DNA of 64,000 nucleotides from Scyliorhinus canicula (GCF_902713615.1 NW_024055820.1:1045220-1109219); one strand, 5' to 3'; counted from the stretch's first letter, positions 1 to 11,690 are shown. The notes: generated by a model not told the origin, from the letters alone. Numbers and translations: made by a program.

Positions 1-64
1 TACAAGACATATTAAATAGAATAGATGGCAAAGCAAATTCGATCTTGAGCTTCATAAACAGTAA

Positions 65-254
65 CCAAAGAGAAAATGCTGGAACATCTCAGCATGTCTG
101 GCAGCATCTGTCGGGAGAGAAAAGATCTCATGTTGAGTCCAGATGGTCCTTTGTTAGCTCTTTTCTCTCCCTACAGATGCTGCCAGACCTGCTGAGATGT
201 TCCAGCATTTTCTCTTTGGCTTCAGATTCCAGCATCCGCAGTAATTTGCTTTTA
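65..254. mobile_element. Short palindromic Penelope-like/MITE-like insertion
   Basis: 65-219 is a near-perfect inverted repeat (ccaaagagaaaatgctggaacatctcagc ... gctgagatgttccagcattttctctttgg). 14-bp TSD ttcataaacagtaa at 51-64 and 255-268. Paralogous empty site at ~55487-55500. Confidence 0.75.
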
Positions 255-292
255 TTCATAAACAGTAATCTTGATACCAAAACTATGCTTCT

Positions 293-640
293 GGTGGCAC
301 AGTGGTTAGCACTGCTGCCTCACGGCGCCAGGGACTCGGGTTCAATTCTGGCCTTGGTGACTGTCTGTGTGGAGTTTGCACTTTCTCCCCGTGTCTGTGT
401 GGGTTTCCACCCGGTGCTCAGGTTTCCTCCAACAGTCCAAAGAAGGGAATGTTAGGTGGATTGGCCTTGATAAATTGCCCCTTAGTGTCCAGGGATGTGT
501 AGGTTAGGTGGGGCTATGGGGTTACAGGGACAGGGTAGGGGTGTGGGCCTGGGCATGGTGCCCTTTCAGAGAATCAGTGCAGACTCGATGGGCTGAATGG
601 CCTCCTTCTGCACTGTCGGAATTCTATGGTTCTAATTCTA
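293..640 (+). mobile_element. HE1/V-SINE-like tRNA-derived SINE, diverged
   Basis: Head ggcacagtggttagcactgctgcctcacggc, body tgtgtggagtttgcac/ggtggattggcc, CR1-like tail ctgcactgt..attctatg. Confidence 0.8.
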
Positions 641-919
641 TCCTGTGAATCTTTATAAAGCTCTGGTGTAGAAGTCAACTATTTCCTAACACACCTAATA
701 GGTAAAAGATAGCTATTTAGGATAAATATTAAGCCCCAGTTTTACCCATTTTAAATGAAGGATTTCAACACTCTCATAACCTCAGGTCATCTCAAAACAT
801 ACGGCTTACAAAACAGCATCCTTTCTACTGTCCTAATGATTTTCCAGAGACCCAAAATTAATATTTTTACTGCCCTAATCATGTTCCAGAGTCACACAAA
901 TATTTTTTACTGTCCCAAT

Positions 920-1375
920 GATTTTCCAGACACCCAGGTATGAATCTCACCAAGGCAGAAGGTAAAATTTGAATTCATTGCAAGTCCATGAAACCATTGT
1001 CAATTGTTGCAAAGACCCATCTGGTTCACTCCTGTCCTTCAGTGAAGTAAATCTTCTATCCTTACCTGGTCTGGCCTACATGTGATTCCAGATCCACAGT
1101 CAGCTGGTTGACCCTTAAAATGCTCTCTGAGATACACTCAGTTCAAGGGCAATTAGGGATGGGCAGTGAATGCTGGCCCAGCCAGCGACACCCACATCCC
1201 GTGAATGAATAGAAAAGAAAATCTGCCGTCCTTACCTGGTCTGGCCGACACGATTCCAAACCACAGCAATGTGGTTGATTCTTTAAATGCCCTCCGAGAT
1301 GGCCGAGCCAGCCGCTCGGTTTAAGGGAAATTAGGGATGGGCAATAAATGTTGGCCCAGCCAGTGACTCCCACAA
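920..1375 (+). mobile_element. Two tandem 3' portions of a shark SINE/LINE-tail repeat
   Basis: ccttacctggtctggcc...gggcaattagggatgggcaataaatg occurs twice; same family at ~18290-18640, ~39970-40320(-) and ~43760-43850. Confidence 0.6.
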
Positions 1376-1377
1376 AT

Positions 1378-1608
1378 TTTTTTTTTTTTATAAATTTAGA
1401 TTACCCAATTATTTTTTTCCAATTAAGGGGCAATTTAGCGTGGCCAATCCACCTACTCTGCACATTTTTGGGTTGTGGGGGCAAAGCCCACGCAGACACG
1501 GGGAGAATGTGCAAACTCCACACGGACAGTGACCCAGAGCCGGGATCGAACCTGGGACCTCAGCGCCGTGAGGCGGTTGTGCTAACCACTAGGCCACCGT
1601 GCTGCCCT
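1378..1608 (-). mobile_element. Young short HE1-like SINE with poly(A) tail
   Basis: 15-bp TSD gtgactcccacaaat; near-identical copies at 8078-8304 and 22460-22665. Confidence 0.85.
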
Positions 1609-1792
1609 GTGACTCCCACAAATGATTAAAATAAAATCCTGGAGACTCCAGTCAGTCAATCCGGGAGAGTTGGCATCCGGTCCAGGCACGCAGCGCATAA
1701 TAATAATAATAATCGCTTATTGTCACAAGTAGGCTTCAATGAAGTTACTGTGAAAAGCCCCTAGTTACCACATTCCAGCGCCTGTTCGGGGA

Positions 1793-2135
1793 CCCCGCCC
1801 CTCATTCACTCCGATTGGTTGGAGGACCAGCACCTCCAGGTCAGTCCTCCAGTCCCGCCCTCCATTTCCTATTGGTCCAGAGCTGCCGTCAATCACTCGG
1901 GCATTGTGACGGTTCCAGATGGTGAGAGCGGCCTCAGGCTCAGGCTGACTCGCTGATTGTCCAATAATAACAGTGAGAGTCTCAGTGGGACAATCAGACA
2001 ATAATAGTGGAGATGGGGCCCAGAGGAGAAACAGCAAAGGATTCACTCACTTTGAGAGTAACAAACACAGTGTCTGCTCCAACAAGAGTCAGGCTGCAGT
2101 GTGTGAATGAATACATCATTGCATCCAATGTAGAA
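1793..2135 (-). promoter_or_regulatory. ZNF-family promoter module (upstream half only), pointing left
   Basis: Matches 57960-58300 directly and ~10075-10730 inverted. Two CCAAT boxes, GC boxes, TGATTGACGG. The NRF1/first-exon half is replaced by SINE sequence. Confidence 0.6.
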
Positions 2136-2139
2136 ATAT

Positions 2140-2375
2140 AGAATCCCATCAGTGCTGAAGGAGGCCATTTGGCCCATCGAGTCTGCAACAACCCTCTGAA
2201 AGAGCACCCTATCAAGGCGAATTCCCCACACTATCTCCACAACCCCTCCCAGTGACAATTTAACACAGCCAATCCATCTAACCGGCACATCTGTGGACTG
2301 CGGGAGGAAACCAAAACACCCGGAGGAAATCTGCACAGACACAGGAAGAATGTACAAACTCCACACAGTGACCCA
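2140..2375 (-). mobile_element. HE1-like SINE, 5'-truncated
   Basis: cagtgctgaaggaggccatttggcccatcgagtctgca ... aaactccacacagtgacccaagg. Confidence 0.7.
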
Positions 2376-2729
2376 AGGTTGTAATTAATCACAGAATCTG
2401 CAGTGCAGAAGGAGACCATTCAGCCCATCGACTCGGCACCGGCATTACTTGATCTGAAACCACTGAAATGGGGTTAATTCTGAATTGCACTCTGAAATTG
2501 CCTAGCAAGCCACTCCATTTAAGGGCAATTAGGAATTGGCAACCAAGCTGGATTGCCCATGACACTCACATCCCATAAAGAACAGAGAAAATCAAAGGGC
2601 TGTTTCCAGTGCCGGTTTCAAAGGAATCGGTACTGGTCCCTTCACTCCTGGTTTACATCATTGATTTGAAAGTAAATGTTGGAACATGAGGAAGAAGTTT
2701 ACCTGTGACACAAAAATGTTTAAACACTT

Positions 2730-2850
2730 TTTAAAAATAAATTTAGAGTACCCAATTATTTCTTCCAATTAAGGGGCAATTTAGCGTGGCCAATCTACCT
2801 GTCCTGCATGTCTTTTGGGTTGTGGGGGTGAAACCCACGCAGACATGGTA
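2730..2850 (-). mobile_element. 5'-truncated short SINE
   Basis: TSD tgtttaaacactt on both sides; 3' end aaataaatttagagtacccaatt. Confidence 0.75.
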
Positions 2851-3113
2851 TGTTTAAACACTTGATAATGAGGAAGAAAGCTGGAGGGAAAACAAGGCAA
2901 AGGATTACATGATAAATGGCAGGACAGGACTAGTTAGGCCAGAGCTAGATTCCTGTGCACAGGAAGACTGCACTGAAGAGAGTACAGAAGGGATTTAAGA
3001 ACATCAGCCAGAAATTGACAATGTTTGCTCTGAGGAAAGTTTGGATAAACTGGGGCTGTTTTCTTTGGAACAGAAAAGACTGAAGGGAGATCAAAATGAA
3101 ATTATGAAAAGCA

Positions 3114-3186
3114 GCCCAGCTAGCTCAGTCGGTTGAGCATGGGAGTCTTAATCCCAGGGCCGTGGGTTCAAGACCCACATTGGTCG
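3114..3186 (+). tRNA. tRNA-Lys(CTT) pseudogene
   Basis: gcccagctagctcagtcggttgagcatgggagtcttaatcccagggccgtgggttcaagacccacattggtcg aligns over 73 nt to vertebrate tRNA-Lys-CTT. Acceptor-stem mismatches, altered anticodon loop and T-loop. Confidence 0.85.
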
Positions 3187-3230
3187 CTTCAGCTTCTTTA
3201 ATCAGAGAACATTGAACTGAACTGTTTTAT

Positions 3231-3780
3231 GGGCGGCACGGTAGCACAGTGGATAGCACTGCTGCATCACAGCACCAGGTCCCGGGATTCAATTCCCACT
3301 TGGGACACTGTGTGGAGTCTGCTTGTGACAATAATGAAGATTATTCTAAATGTATAAAATTCTGGGGGACCATGGTGGCACAGTGGTTGTGTGCCGACGT
3401 GCTGGGGACCCGGGTTCGATCCTAGCCCCGGGTCACAGTCTGTAAGGAGTTTGCACATTCTCCCATTGTCTGTGTGGGTTTCACCCCCACAACCCAAATA
3501 TGTGCAGGCTTGGCCAAATTAAATTGCCCCTTGATTGGACAAAAATATAAATCTGAAATTTTTTAAAATATAAATTTAGAGTAACCAATTAATTTTTTCC
3601 AATTAAGGGGCAATTTAGCCTGGCCAATCCACCTATCTTTGGGTGGTGGGGGCAAAACCCACACAAACACGGGGAGAATGTGCAAACTCCTCATGGACAG
3701 TTACCCACAGCCGGGATTGAACCTCAGTCCTCGGCACCGTGAGGCAGCAGGGCTAACCCACTGCACCACCGTGCTGCCCT
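3231..3780. mobile_element. Cluster of three HE1-like SINE copies (3231-3345+, 3364-3560+, 3560-3780-)
   Basis: Repeated gggcggcacggt/ggtcac..tgtg..gagtttgcacattc motifs; the last two are tail-to-tail. Confidence 0.7.
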
Positions 3781-3936
3781 CACAATCTGGAAATTGAGAT
3801 GGGGCTGAATAACTACTTTGTAGCCACGATGAGCTGAATGAAATGCAACATGAACAACAAACTTTGATAAAATGCGGGACAGTAACTCTCACTACTAAGA
3901 AGGTCAGCAGTTTGCCCAGTTTACCTGCCAAGTGTA

Positions 3937-4265
3937 GGGCAGCACGGTAGCATTGTGGATAGCACAATCGCTTCACAGCTCCAAGGTCCCAGGTTCGATT
4001 CCGGCTTGGGTCACTGTCTGTGCGGAGTCTGCACATCCTCCCCGTGTGTGCGTGGGTTTCCTCCGGGTCCTCCGGTTCCCTCCCACAGTCCAAAGATGTG
4101 CGGGTTAGGTGGTTTGGCCATGATAAATTGCCCTTAGTGTCCAAAATTGCCCTTAGTGTTATGGGGATAAGGTGGTGTTGACCTTGGGTAGGGTGCTCTT
4201 TCCAGGAGCCGGTGCAGACTTGATGGGCCGAATGGCCTCCTTCTGCACTGTAAATTCTATGATCT
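3937..4265 (+). mobile_element. Full-length HE1-like SINE
   Basis: gggcagcacggtagcattgtggatagcac ... ccttctgcactgtaaattctatg; absent from the right-arm paralog. Confidence 0.85.
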
Positions 4266-4599
4266 AAGTATGCTAATGCAGTAATTTTAAAATTTACCTA
4301 CATACAAAAGAGTACAACAGCAAATTATTTAAAGTCTCCAATGTGATCGGTGTAATTAGTATGAAATGTAACCAGGAATGGTCATTAAAAGTTTCCCAGT
4401 CACTCTGATATCTGAAATCTTTGTCCTCAGACAGAACAGACAAACCATTTTACCTCCCAATGATATTCAGGTCCTGATGAATCGAGTAACTCAGTCAGAT
4501 GATGATGTGATGTTTGATTTGAAGTTCCCGTTGGCAAATCCTCCTCTTTCTAAAGGAATTTCCAAAGGAATTTCACTCTCAGTCCTGGAGAGAAATTCA

Positions 4600-4970
4600 G
4601 CAGATTCTCTCTTCTGGCTTCCGGTTCCTGGATGCCCGCGCACGCGCCGTGCTGCACATTTCCGCTGAGAAAGATGGCGGACGCGCAGGCGCCCTGCGGC
4701 ATATCGCCCCCCCCCCCCAAAACAGATGACAGCTGTTGACAGGGCCGATCTGAATAATAGCGGATATGTGCACCCAGAATGCCGGGCGCGGAGGAATACG
4801 CCCTATTTCCATCACAGGAACCAGAACGCGCAGGCGCCAGTATGCCCCACCCCCGAAAGTCTCCTATCTGTGCGGAGCAGGCGAGGTGCTGCTCGGGGCT
4901 GAGCGCAGCCGCAGTGAGTGTGGCTCCCGGAGGCTGAATGAGAGCCGCCGCGAGCGGGGACAATGGTGAG
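4600..4970. promoter_or_regulatory. CpG-island promoter/first exon, probably bidirectional
   Basis: CpG-rich; ETS-like cttccgg, NRF1-like gcgcacgcgc, YY1 aagatggcgg, donor-like gtgaga near 4966; paralog at 62420-62890. Confidence 0.65.
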
Positions 4971-5267
4971 AACCCAAACCCCCCAATAAGACCCATTGGT
5001 TTTATTGTCAGTCGGCAGACAGGAGCTGGAGAACTGAACCCAGGCAGAGGAGAGGGAGGGAGAAAACTGGGAGTGGAGGAAAGAAATGGTGCAGATGGTG
5101 AGATGGGTTTGGATTTCAGCCCAGGGAGGAGGGACAGTGTGTGGGACGGGAATTTACAGTTTTGGGGGAACAAGAGAGGAAATTTTTTTTCCAGAGAAAC
5201 TAGAATTGTCTGTTCATAATTTCTATCCTGGACTGACAGTGATGGCTTTTGTAAACTCCTTTTACAG

Positions 5268-5811
5268 GATATTAGAAGTGGAGAATTGGCCGACAGAAAA
5301 CCCAAACCAAACATCACATCGAAATCTGACAGTCACTCTTTTCATTAGGAGCTGAATATGATCAGTCTTTGAATTTGGAGTGAAAAATGTTTGTTCTGTT
5401 TCAGCAGTGTGACTGCAAAAGCACCCGAGTGTTCCAATGAACTAACTGTGGAGAGAGCTTTAACTAGTTACACATCCTCAAAAAAAGTATCACACCATTC
5501 ACTGCAGGGAGAAATTATACGCATGTTTTGTGTGTGGACAAGGTTTCAACCGGGAGAGACACTCTCACCATGGAGAAACCGTGGAAATGTGCAGACTGTG
5601 GGAGGGATTTAGTTACCCATCACAACTGGAAATTCATCGGCACAGTCACACTGGGGAGCGACCATTCAGCTGCTCCATTTGTGGGAAGGGATTCACTCTT
5701 CTGAAACGCCAGCGAGTTCACACTGAGGAGAGGCCATCCAACTGTTATGTCTGTGGAAAGAGATTTACTCAGTCATCCCACCTGCTAACACACCAGCGAG
5801 TTCACAAGTGA
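5268..5811 (+). pseudogene. C2H2 ZNF pseudogene (conserved leader plus ~3 fingers, frameshift and deletion)
   Basis: Acceptor ttttacag|gatattagaag; ATG 5570 MEKPWKC then frameshift; HTGERPF linkers; ends HQRVHK*. Confidence 0.85.
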
Positions 5812-6741
5812 CGACAAGGTTTAGATTATACCCTTATTGATGCTGTTAGTCATGTACAGGACTGAATAATGTTCACTCTGACAGTCTTAATCTGCTGATG
5901 AGGTTTATTATCCTGAATAAACGTAAAATAAATCAACTTTGTTTAAAACGTTGTTGCAGATTTTTATCTTTCCCACCTGAGTGTTTAACATCACCTGCCT
6001 GGAGCTCAGAAAGGACAATCTGGGGGAGGATCACACAGCAGGAACAGAACTTCAGCCTGGACACAGTCCTTCAGGGTCACACTGAGAGGGACAAATGACA
6101 CTTTGCCCTTTCTCACCTCTCTTCACTGTCAGCAAAGTACCCGTGTGGGTTAATCCTGAGGCGTGTAAGAAATGTGTCCCAATCACTCTCTTCCCTATCT
6201 CAGAGCTCCTGGACATAGAACAGAAACTCCTTTACAATTGTGTTTCGAGTCAGGAAGAACAATGGTGAATGCTGGAAATGTGCTGTCAAATCAGAGATTG
6301 GTGGGAAACTGTGATGTTCTTGATTGAATGTAAAACAGCTAGTTTAAGTTTGTGTGACAGTCACAATGAATTAATTGAATAGAAACCTACTTAAAATAGA
6401 TTGGTTGAAGTCTGCGTTAAAATAGCAGCTGTTAACTGCTGGGACAATTAGACAATAGTTTGATTCTTGGATAAAGAAGCTCCAGTGTGTGTCCAAGAAC
6501 TCCCAGTTTTATTGATGTGTGATTCCCATATTCTGTCCTTATAAATAAACCTCAGCCCTATGGGCCTTTAACAATCAGAAACATAACAGAGAAAAGGGTG
6601 AAGCTGTGTCTGCCCCTTTAACTGGATGCTGAGCAGTGTCAGAGCCCCGACTGTCCCTTTAAGACTGAGTGATGTGTTCAGCTGAAGATTCCTCTTGGCT
6701 GTTTTCTGGGTGGTCTCCTTATTCTGATCATTCTCAGTGAT

Positions 6742-6890
6742 TGGGTTGGATTTGTTTATTGTCACGTGTACCGAGGTACAGTGAAAAGTATTTTTCTGCA
6801 AGCAGCTCAACAGATCATTCAGTACATGGAAGAAAAGGAAATTAAACAAAATTCAAGAAAATACATAATAGGACAACACAAGATATCCTC
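6742..6890 (-). mobile_element. Rex1/Babar-type LINE 3' end
   Basis: ttggatttgtttattgtcacgtgtaccgaggtacagtgaaaagtatt matches the 3' end of the 31662-32468 element. Confidence 0.7.
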
Positions 6891-6899
6891 GGGTATGTG

Positions 6900-7200
6900 A
6901 ACCCGCTCTCCTGTCTCTCATTCACTGAACATCTCTCGTCTCTCTCAGATTCTCACTTAACCTCTCTCCACTCTCACATTCACTCATTTCACATACCTCC
7001 CACCTCTATATCTTTCTCTCTGACACTCTCTCTGTTCACCTTTATATTTACAGAGCGCCTAAATTCACTAAACTTTTCTCTCTCTCATTATCTCTCTCTG
7101 AAGAAGCACCGAACCTCTCCGCTTTCTGAGTGAACATCTCATTTATGGAGACTCAATATTTTCTCTCTCTTCCTCTCACTTTCTCTCTCTCTCTGATTGG
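6900..7200. repeat. CT-rich low-complexity tract
   Basis: Dense tctc/ctct runs. Confidence 0.6.
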
Positions 7201-8077
7201 CACTGACTCACTTTTAATCTCCTATTTTCTAATAACCTACTTTGAGGAAAATTTAAGTTTCTATAATGTCCCCTCATTTCTCCCAGTGATATCCTCAGTC
7301 CATCTTCCAATTCAGTAAATATGTTAAAAATCTAAATAACCTCATATTTTAATGTTTAAAATGGGAATGGAGGTGAATGTAATGCTGAGGCCGGCAGCAA
7401 TCTGTGTGGGTGTTCTTGATGCTGTCAGAATGAGTTCACCCTCACAGGCAGGAAGACTGTTCACGGTGATAACATGAAACTGACGCCTGTTGTTTCATTC
7501 TCAGGAAACACAACTTCCTGTTTCTCTGCTGCCGGTTCCAAACCGCACATCTCACTTCTGAGCAGAAAATAAATCCAGGGACCGTAATCTGGTGAGAACA
7601 TCTGTCAGTGCGGCCTATATCTGTCCACAGAGTCAGGGCAGAGTCACACAGATCACATTGTGGTCACATTTACAAATGAGCCGGTTATTTCTGTTCAGAG
7701 TCTCCATTCCCGGACAGAACCGGCTGTGTCTGTGAATCAGTCACTGAGTTCCCTCTGCTCTCTGTAGCTGGGAACTGATAACCTGCTCCCTTATATTTTA
7801 TATCATTCTTTCTGTGTTACTTGTTTTCTCTATTACTCAGCTTTTATCTCTCGCCACCTCATCTTTCTGCTGTTTAAAATCTCAGTTTTTCTCACAGTTC
7901 TTCTGTCTCTCCTTTCCTCTGTATCTCTATCTCTCGATATCTGTATGTTCCTATTTAACTGAGGTGTTGAATTTCATGAACGAGTTGTAATGGATTAAAG
8001 ACAGAAAGAGGGAGAAAATCAGTAAATGTTGGAAAAACTCAGCAGTTCTGGCAGCATCGGTACTGAGAGAAACAGAG

Positions 8078-8304
8078 TTTTTTTTTTATAAATTTAGATT
8101 ACCCAATTATTTTTTCTATTAAGGGGCAATTTAGCGTGGCCAATCCACCTACTCTGCACATTTTTGGGTTGTGGGGGCGAAACCCATGCAGACACAGGGA
8201 GAACGTTCAAACTCCACACGGTCAGTGACCCAGAGCCGGGATCGAACCTGGGACCTCAGCGCCGTGAGGCGGTTGTGCTAACCACTAGGCCACCATGCTG
8301 CCCT
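8078..8304 (-). mobile_element. Young short SINE inserted in a Penelope-like fragment (8020-8345)
   Basis: TSD tgaga(g/a)aaacagagtt; flanks join to ggaaaaactcagcagttctggcagcatc..gagttaacgtttcgagtcc. Confidence 0.75.
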
Positions 8305-8679
8305 GAGAAAAACAGAGTTAACGTTTCGAGTCCCTGTGACTCAGAGCAGGAGAAACCGGGATTGTCCCTGTGAGATCAGGGAAGGTGAAGGTGAGATTTA
8401 ATAGAGGTGTTTAAAATGAGGAAGGATTTGTGATAGTGTCGATGGGGAGAAACTATTTCCCAAAAGCAGGAGGGGTTGTAGCCAGAGGACACACAGAGAT
8501 TGAAGATATTTGACAACAGAACCCAAGGGGGTGATGATGAGAATTGTTTTTAACACAGTGATGTGATGTGATCTGGAATTCACACTGACAGGCTGCTGGA
8601 AGCAGATTTCACTAACTTTCAAAGGGAGTAACACTTGTAGAGGGTAAATTGGCAGTGAATCAAATGAATTTGACAGTTC

Positions 8680-8950
8680 GCTCATAGAATCTCTACAGTG
8701 CAAAAGGAGTCCATTCGGCCCATTGAGTTTGCACTATACCGAGGCCCACCCCCACCCCACCCCTGTAACCCCACCTAACCAATGCATTTTTGGACACGAA
8801 GGGGAGGTTGATCATGGCCAATCCACCTAAGTTGCAAATCTTTGAATGGTGGTAGGAAACCCATGCAGACACTGGGAGAAAGTGCAAACTCCACACAGAC
8901 AGTCACCCAAGGCTGGAATTGAACCAGGGTCCATGGTGCTGTGAGGCAAC
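8680..8950 (-). mobile_element. Older HE1-like SINE shared with the right arm (59100-59320)
   Basis: Same diagnostic variants in both arms, so it predates the inverted duplication. Confidence 0.7.
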
Positions 8951-9156
8951 AATGATGCCTTTTGTGACAGTCTGAATTTCCCTCTCCTGATGTTTTAACA
9001 TTTGATATTTTCAATCACAATGTGTCTCAAAGAGAAGATTGAAACTTTGGTTTTAGCTGTCAGATATATTTCCTGTGTGACTGTAATGATTTCAGTTCCT
9101 CTACAGATGCACCTCAGATACCAGAAATCTCTGGAGTTCCCCATGTCTCATAAATT

Positions 9157-9496
9157 TCATAGAATTTACAGTGCAGAAGGAGGCCATTCAGCCCATCGAG
9201 TCTGCACTGGCTCTTTGAAAGAGCACCCTACCCAAGCCCACACCTCCACCCTATCCCCATAACCCGACCCAACACCAAGGGCAATTTTGAACACTAAAGG
9301 CAATTTAGCATGGCCAATCCACCTAACCTGCACATGTTTGGACTGTGGGAGGAAACTGGAGCACCCAGAGAAAACCCACGTACACACGGGGAGAATGTGC
9401 AGACTCCACACAGACAGTGGCCCAAGCCGGGAATCGAACCTGGGACCCTGGAGCTGTGAAGCAATTGTGCTAACCTCTATGCTACCGTGCTGCCCA
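9157..9496 (-). mobile_element. Full-length HE1-like SINE
   Basis: catagaatttacagtgcagaaggaggcc ... ctaccgtgctgccc; absent from the right arm. Confidence 0.85.
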
Positions 9497-10167
9497 CATT
9501 GCTATCACCTTGGGTAGAACACACGTGCCTCTGTCATGATGTTTCCATTCCTATTTTATCACACACCTCCCAGTGACACTGACTATAGCACAGAAACATC
9601 AAAATATCATTTCTACCTTGCATCTTGCCCTCCTACTGTTGTCTAATGACAATAGCAACAGAGTAACACCCACCGGAATTGGAATGACAGGCAGGTAATT
9701 GTCTAATAATAACAGTGACAACAGGGCCAGAGTTATTATCTGGGACCCTGGATCTGGGAAGCAACAGTGCTACCCACTGTATCATAGATAGAATTTACAG
9801 TGCAGAAGGAGGCCATTCAGCCCATCGAGTCTGCACCGGGTCTTGGAAAGAGCACCCTACCTCCACCCTATCCCCATAACCCAGTAACCCCACCCAACAC
9901 TAAGGGCAATTTTGGACACTAAGGGCAATTTATCATGGCCAATCCACCAAACCTGCACATCTTTGGACTGTGCTAACATGCCGCCCTAGATTGGCCCAGG
10001 TAGGGTGATATTTCATAGGGTCGTTCCAGATTCGATGGGCCGAATGTCCTCCTTCTGCACTGATTCTATGATTCTACATTGGATCCAATGATATGTTCAC
10101 TCACACACTGCAGTCTGACTCTGATTATGGGAACAGACACTGTGTTTGTTCGTCTCAAAGTGAGTGA

Positions 10168-10475
10168 ATAGAACATAGAACAGTACAGCACAGAACAGGC
10201 CCTTGATGTTGTGCCGAGCATTGATCACCCTACTTAAACCCACGTAACCCGTATACCTGTAACCCAACAAACCTTACACTACGGGCAATTTAGCATGGCC
10301 AATCCACCTAACCCGCACATCTTTGGACTGTGGGAGGAAACTGGAGCACCCGGAGGAAACCCACGCACACAGGGGGAGGACGTGCAGACTCCACACAGAC
10401 AGTGACCCAGCCGGGAATCGAACCTGGGACCCTGGAGCTGTGAAGCATTGATGCTAACCACCATGCTACCGTGAG
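10168..10475 (-). mobile_element. HE1-like SINE subfamily with (ctatgtt)n tail
   Basis: atagaacatagaacagtacagcacagaacaggccc; same subfamily at 46972-47320, 53532-53862 and 43578-43735. Confidence 0.8.
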
Positions 10476-10609
10476 GCCCCTTTTGCTGTTTCTCCTCTGG
10501 GCCCCATCTCCACTATTATTGTCTGATTGTCCCACTGAGACTCTCACTGTTATTATTGGACAATCAGCGAGTCAGCCTGAGCCTGTGGCCGCTCTCACCA
10601 TCTGGAACC

Positions 10610-11000
10610 GTCACAATGCCCGGGTGATTGACGGCAGCTCCGGACCAATAGGAAGAGGAGAGGCGGGTCTGGAGGATGACCGGGAGCGGCAGGTCCTCCA
10701 ACCAATCGGAGTGAATGAGGGGCGGGGCCCGCTGTGATTGGAGCATGCGCAGTGTGGGTAATGGCGAAGGAGAAGGGATGTGTCTTCAGATCGGAAATTC
10801 GTTCGGGGCGTTTAACAACATGGAGGGAGCGAGAGATGGCGGGGGTGGGCGGAAACGTTGTGTGAAGCTGTTGTGAGCTGCAATCCTCGGTAAAGCGTTT
10901 TCTGGACCCCGTTTGTACCGGGCGGAGCTGCAGCTCCTCATTTCGACTCGGTTTAACGACCGCCATCTTTATTGGATGTGCATCAGGGCGCATGCGCGTT
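10610..11000 (+). promoter_or_regulatory. CpG promoter of the ZNF gene at 12322
   Basis: gtgattgacggcag, two CCAAT, ggggcggggc, ggagcatgcgcagtg, YY1 cgccatcttt (10961), NRF1 gcgcatgcgc (10988-10997). Confidence 0.7.
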
Positions 11001-11464
11001 TCTCATCATTGTCGGGCGATGTTTCAATGAGTGGGAGGGGCTTGTTCCCCATTGTTCAGAATGGAGACAACTTGTCCATCAAACTGGATTAGTCTGAGCC
11101 CCAATGTCTTATTGATGATGCAAAGCGGTGGCAAAGATGGAAAGAAAAGGAAGCCAATCCTACTCTCCAGATTTCACTGTCTTATTAATCTTTCTCTCTC
11201 TCTTCCCCTCCCCATAGATCTACATTGTGCTTCAAAAAGAAAATCTCCCTTAATCCCCACACAGAAAAACAGATTTTATCAGAAAATGTCAAAAAACTAT
11301 ATAGAGGTTATCACTTCACCCATCCCACCCCACAGGAAACGTAGATCTTGCCCAATACAGATAACTGGACCCCAGTGAATGCTTTACAGTGAAGCCTCCT
11401 CCTACATTTGCCTCCTCTTCCAGATAGTGAAGGAACAGTGATATATCTCCAAGTCATGATGGTG

Positions 11465-11612
11465 AGTCATGATGTGGAGATGCCGGTGTTGGACTGGGGT
11501 GAGCACAGTAAGAAATCTTACATCACCAGGTTAAAGTCCAACAGGTTTGTTTCAAACACAAGCTTCTGGAGCACTGCTCCTTCCTCAGGTGAATGAAGAG
11601 GTATGTTCCAGA

Positions 11613-11648
<36 letters not shown>

Positions 11649-11690
11649 AAGTTAAAAATGCAAGACAATGTTTTGAATACGAGCATTACT
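11465..11690. mobile_element. Penelope-like terminal fragment with decayed minimal hammerhead and (TA)n
   Basis: Minus strand cctgagga-a-ggagc-agt-gctcc-agaa-gc resembles CUGANGA-stemII-GAAA; (TA)n at ~11617-11644. Confidence 0.55.

Larger units (their letters stand above)
3382..11185 (+). repeat. Left arm of diverged inverted segmental duplication (partner 57502-64000)
   Basis: Collinear reverse-complement matches in unique sequence: 3780-3930/63230-63375, 4270-5260/62140-63225, 5800-6230/60960-61380, 6345-6740/59585-60000, 8940-9150/58880-59100, 9510-9780/58400-58870, 10480-11185/57502-58205. Confidence 0.9.

Noticed and set aside
3114-3186. Functional tRNA-Lys
   Set aside because: Two acceptor-stem mismatches and altered anticodon and T-loops; called a pseudogene pending tRNAscan-SE
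3955-4137. Recurrent ORFs such as ASQLQGPRFDS..GHCLCGVCT
   Set aside because: Translations of HE1-like SINEs, not a gene family
4550-5317. 255-aa ORF and similar GC-rich ORFs at promoters (36642-37160, 62397-62945, 42251-42740)
   Set aside because: Stop-codon scarcity in CpG islands or a GC-rich MITE; no domain motifs; frames not preserved between paralogs
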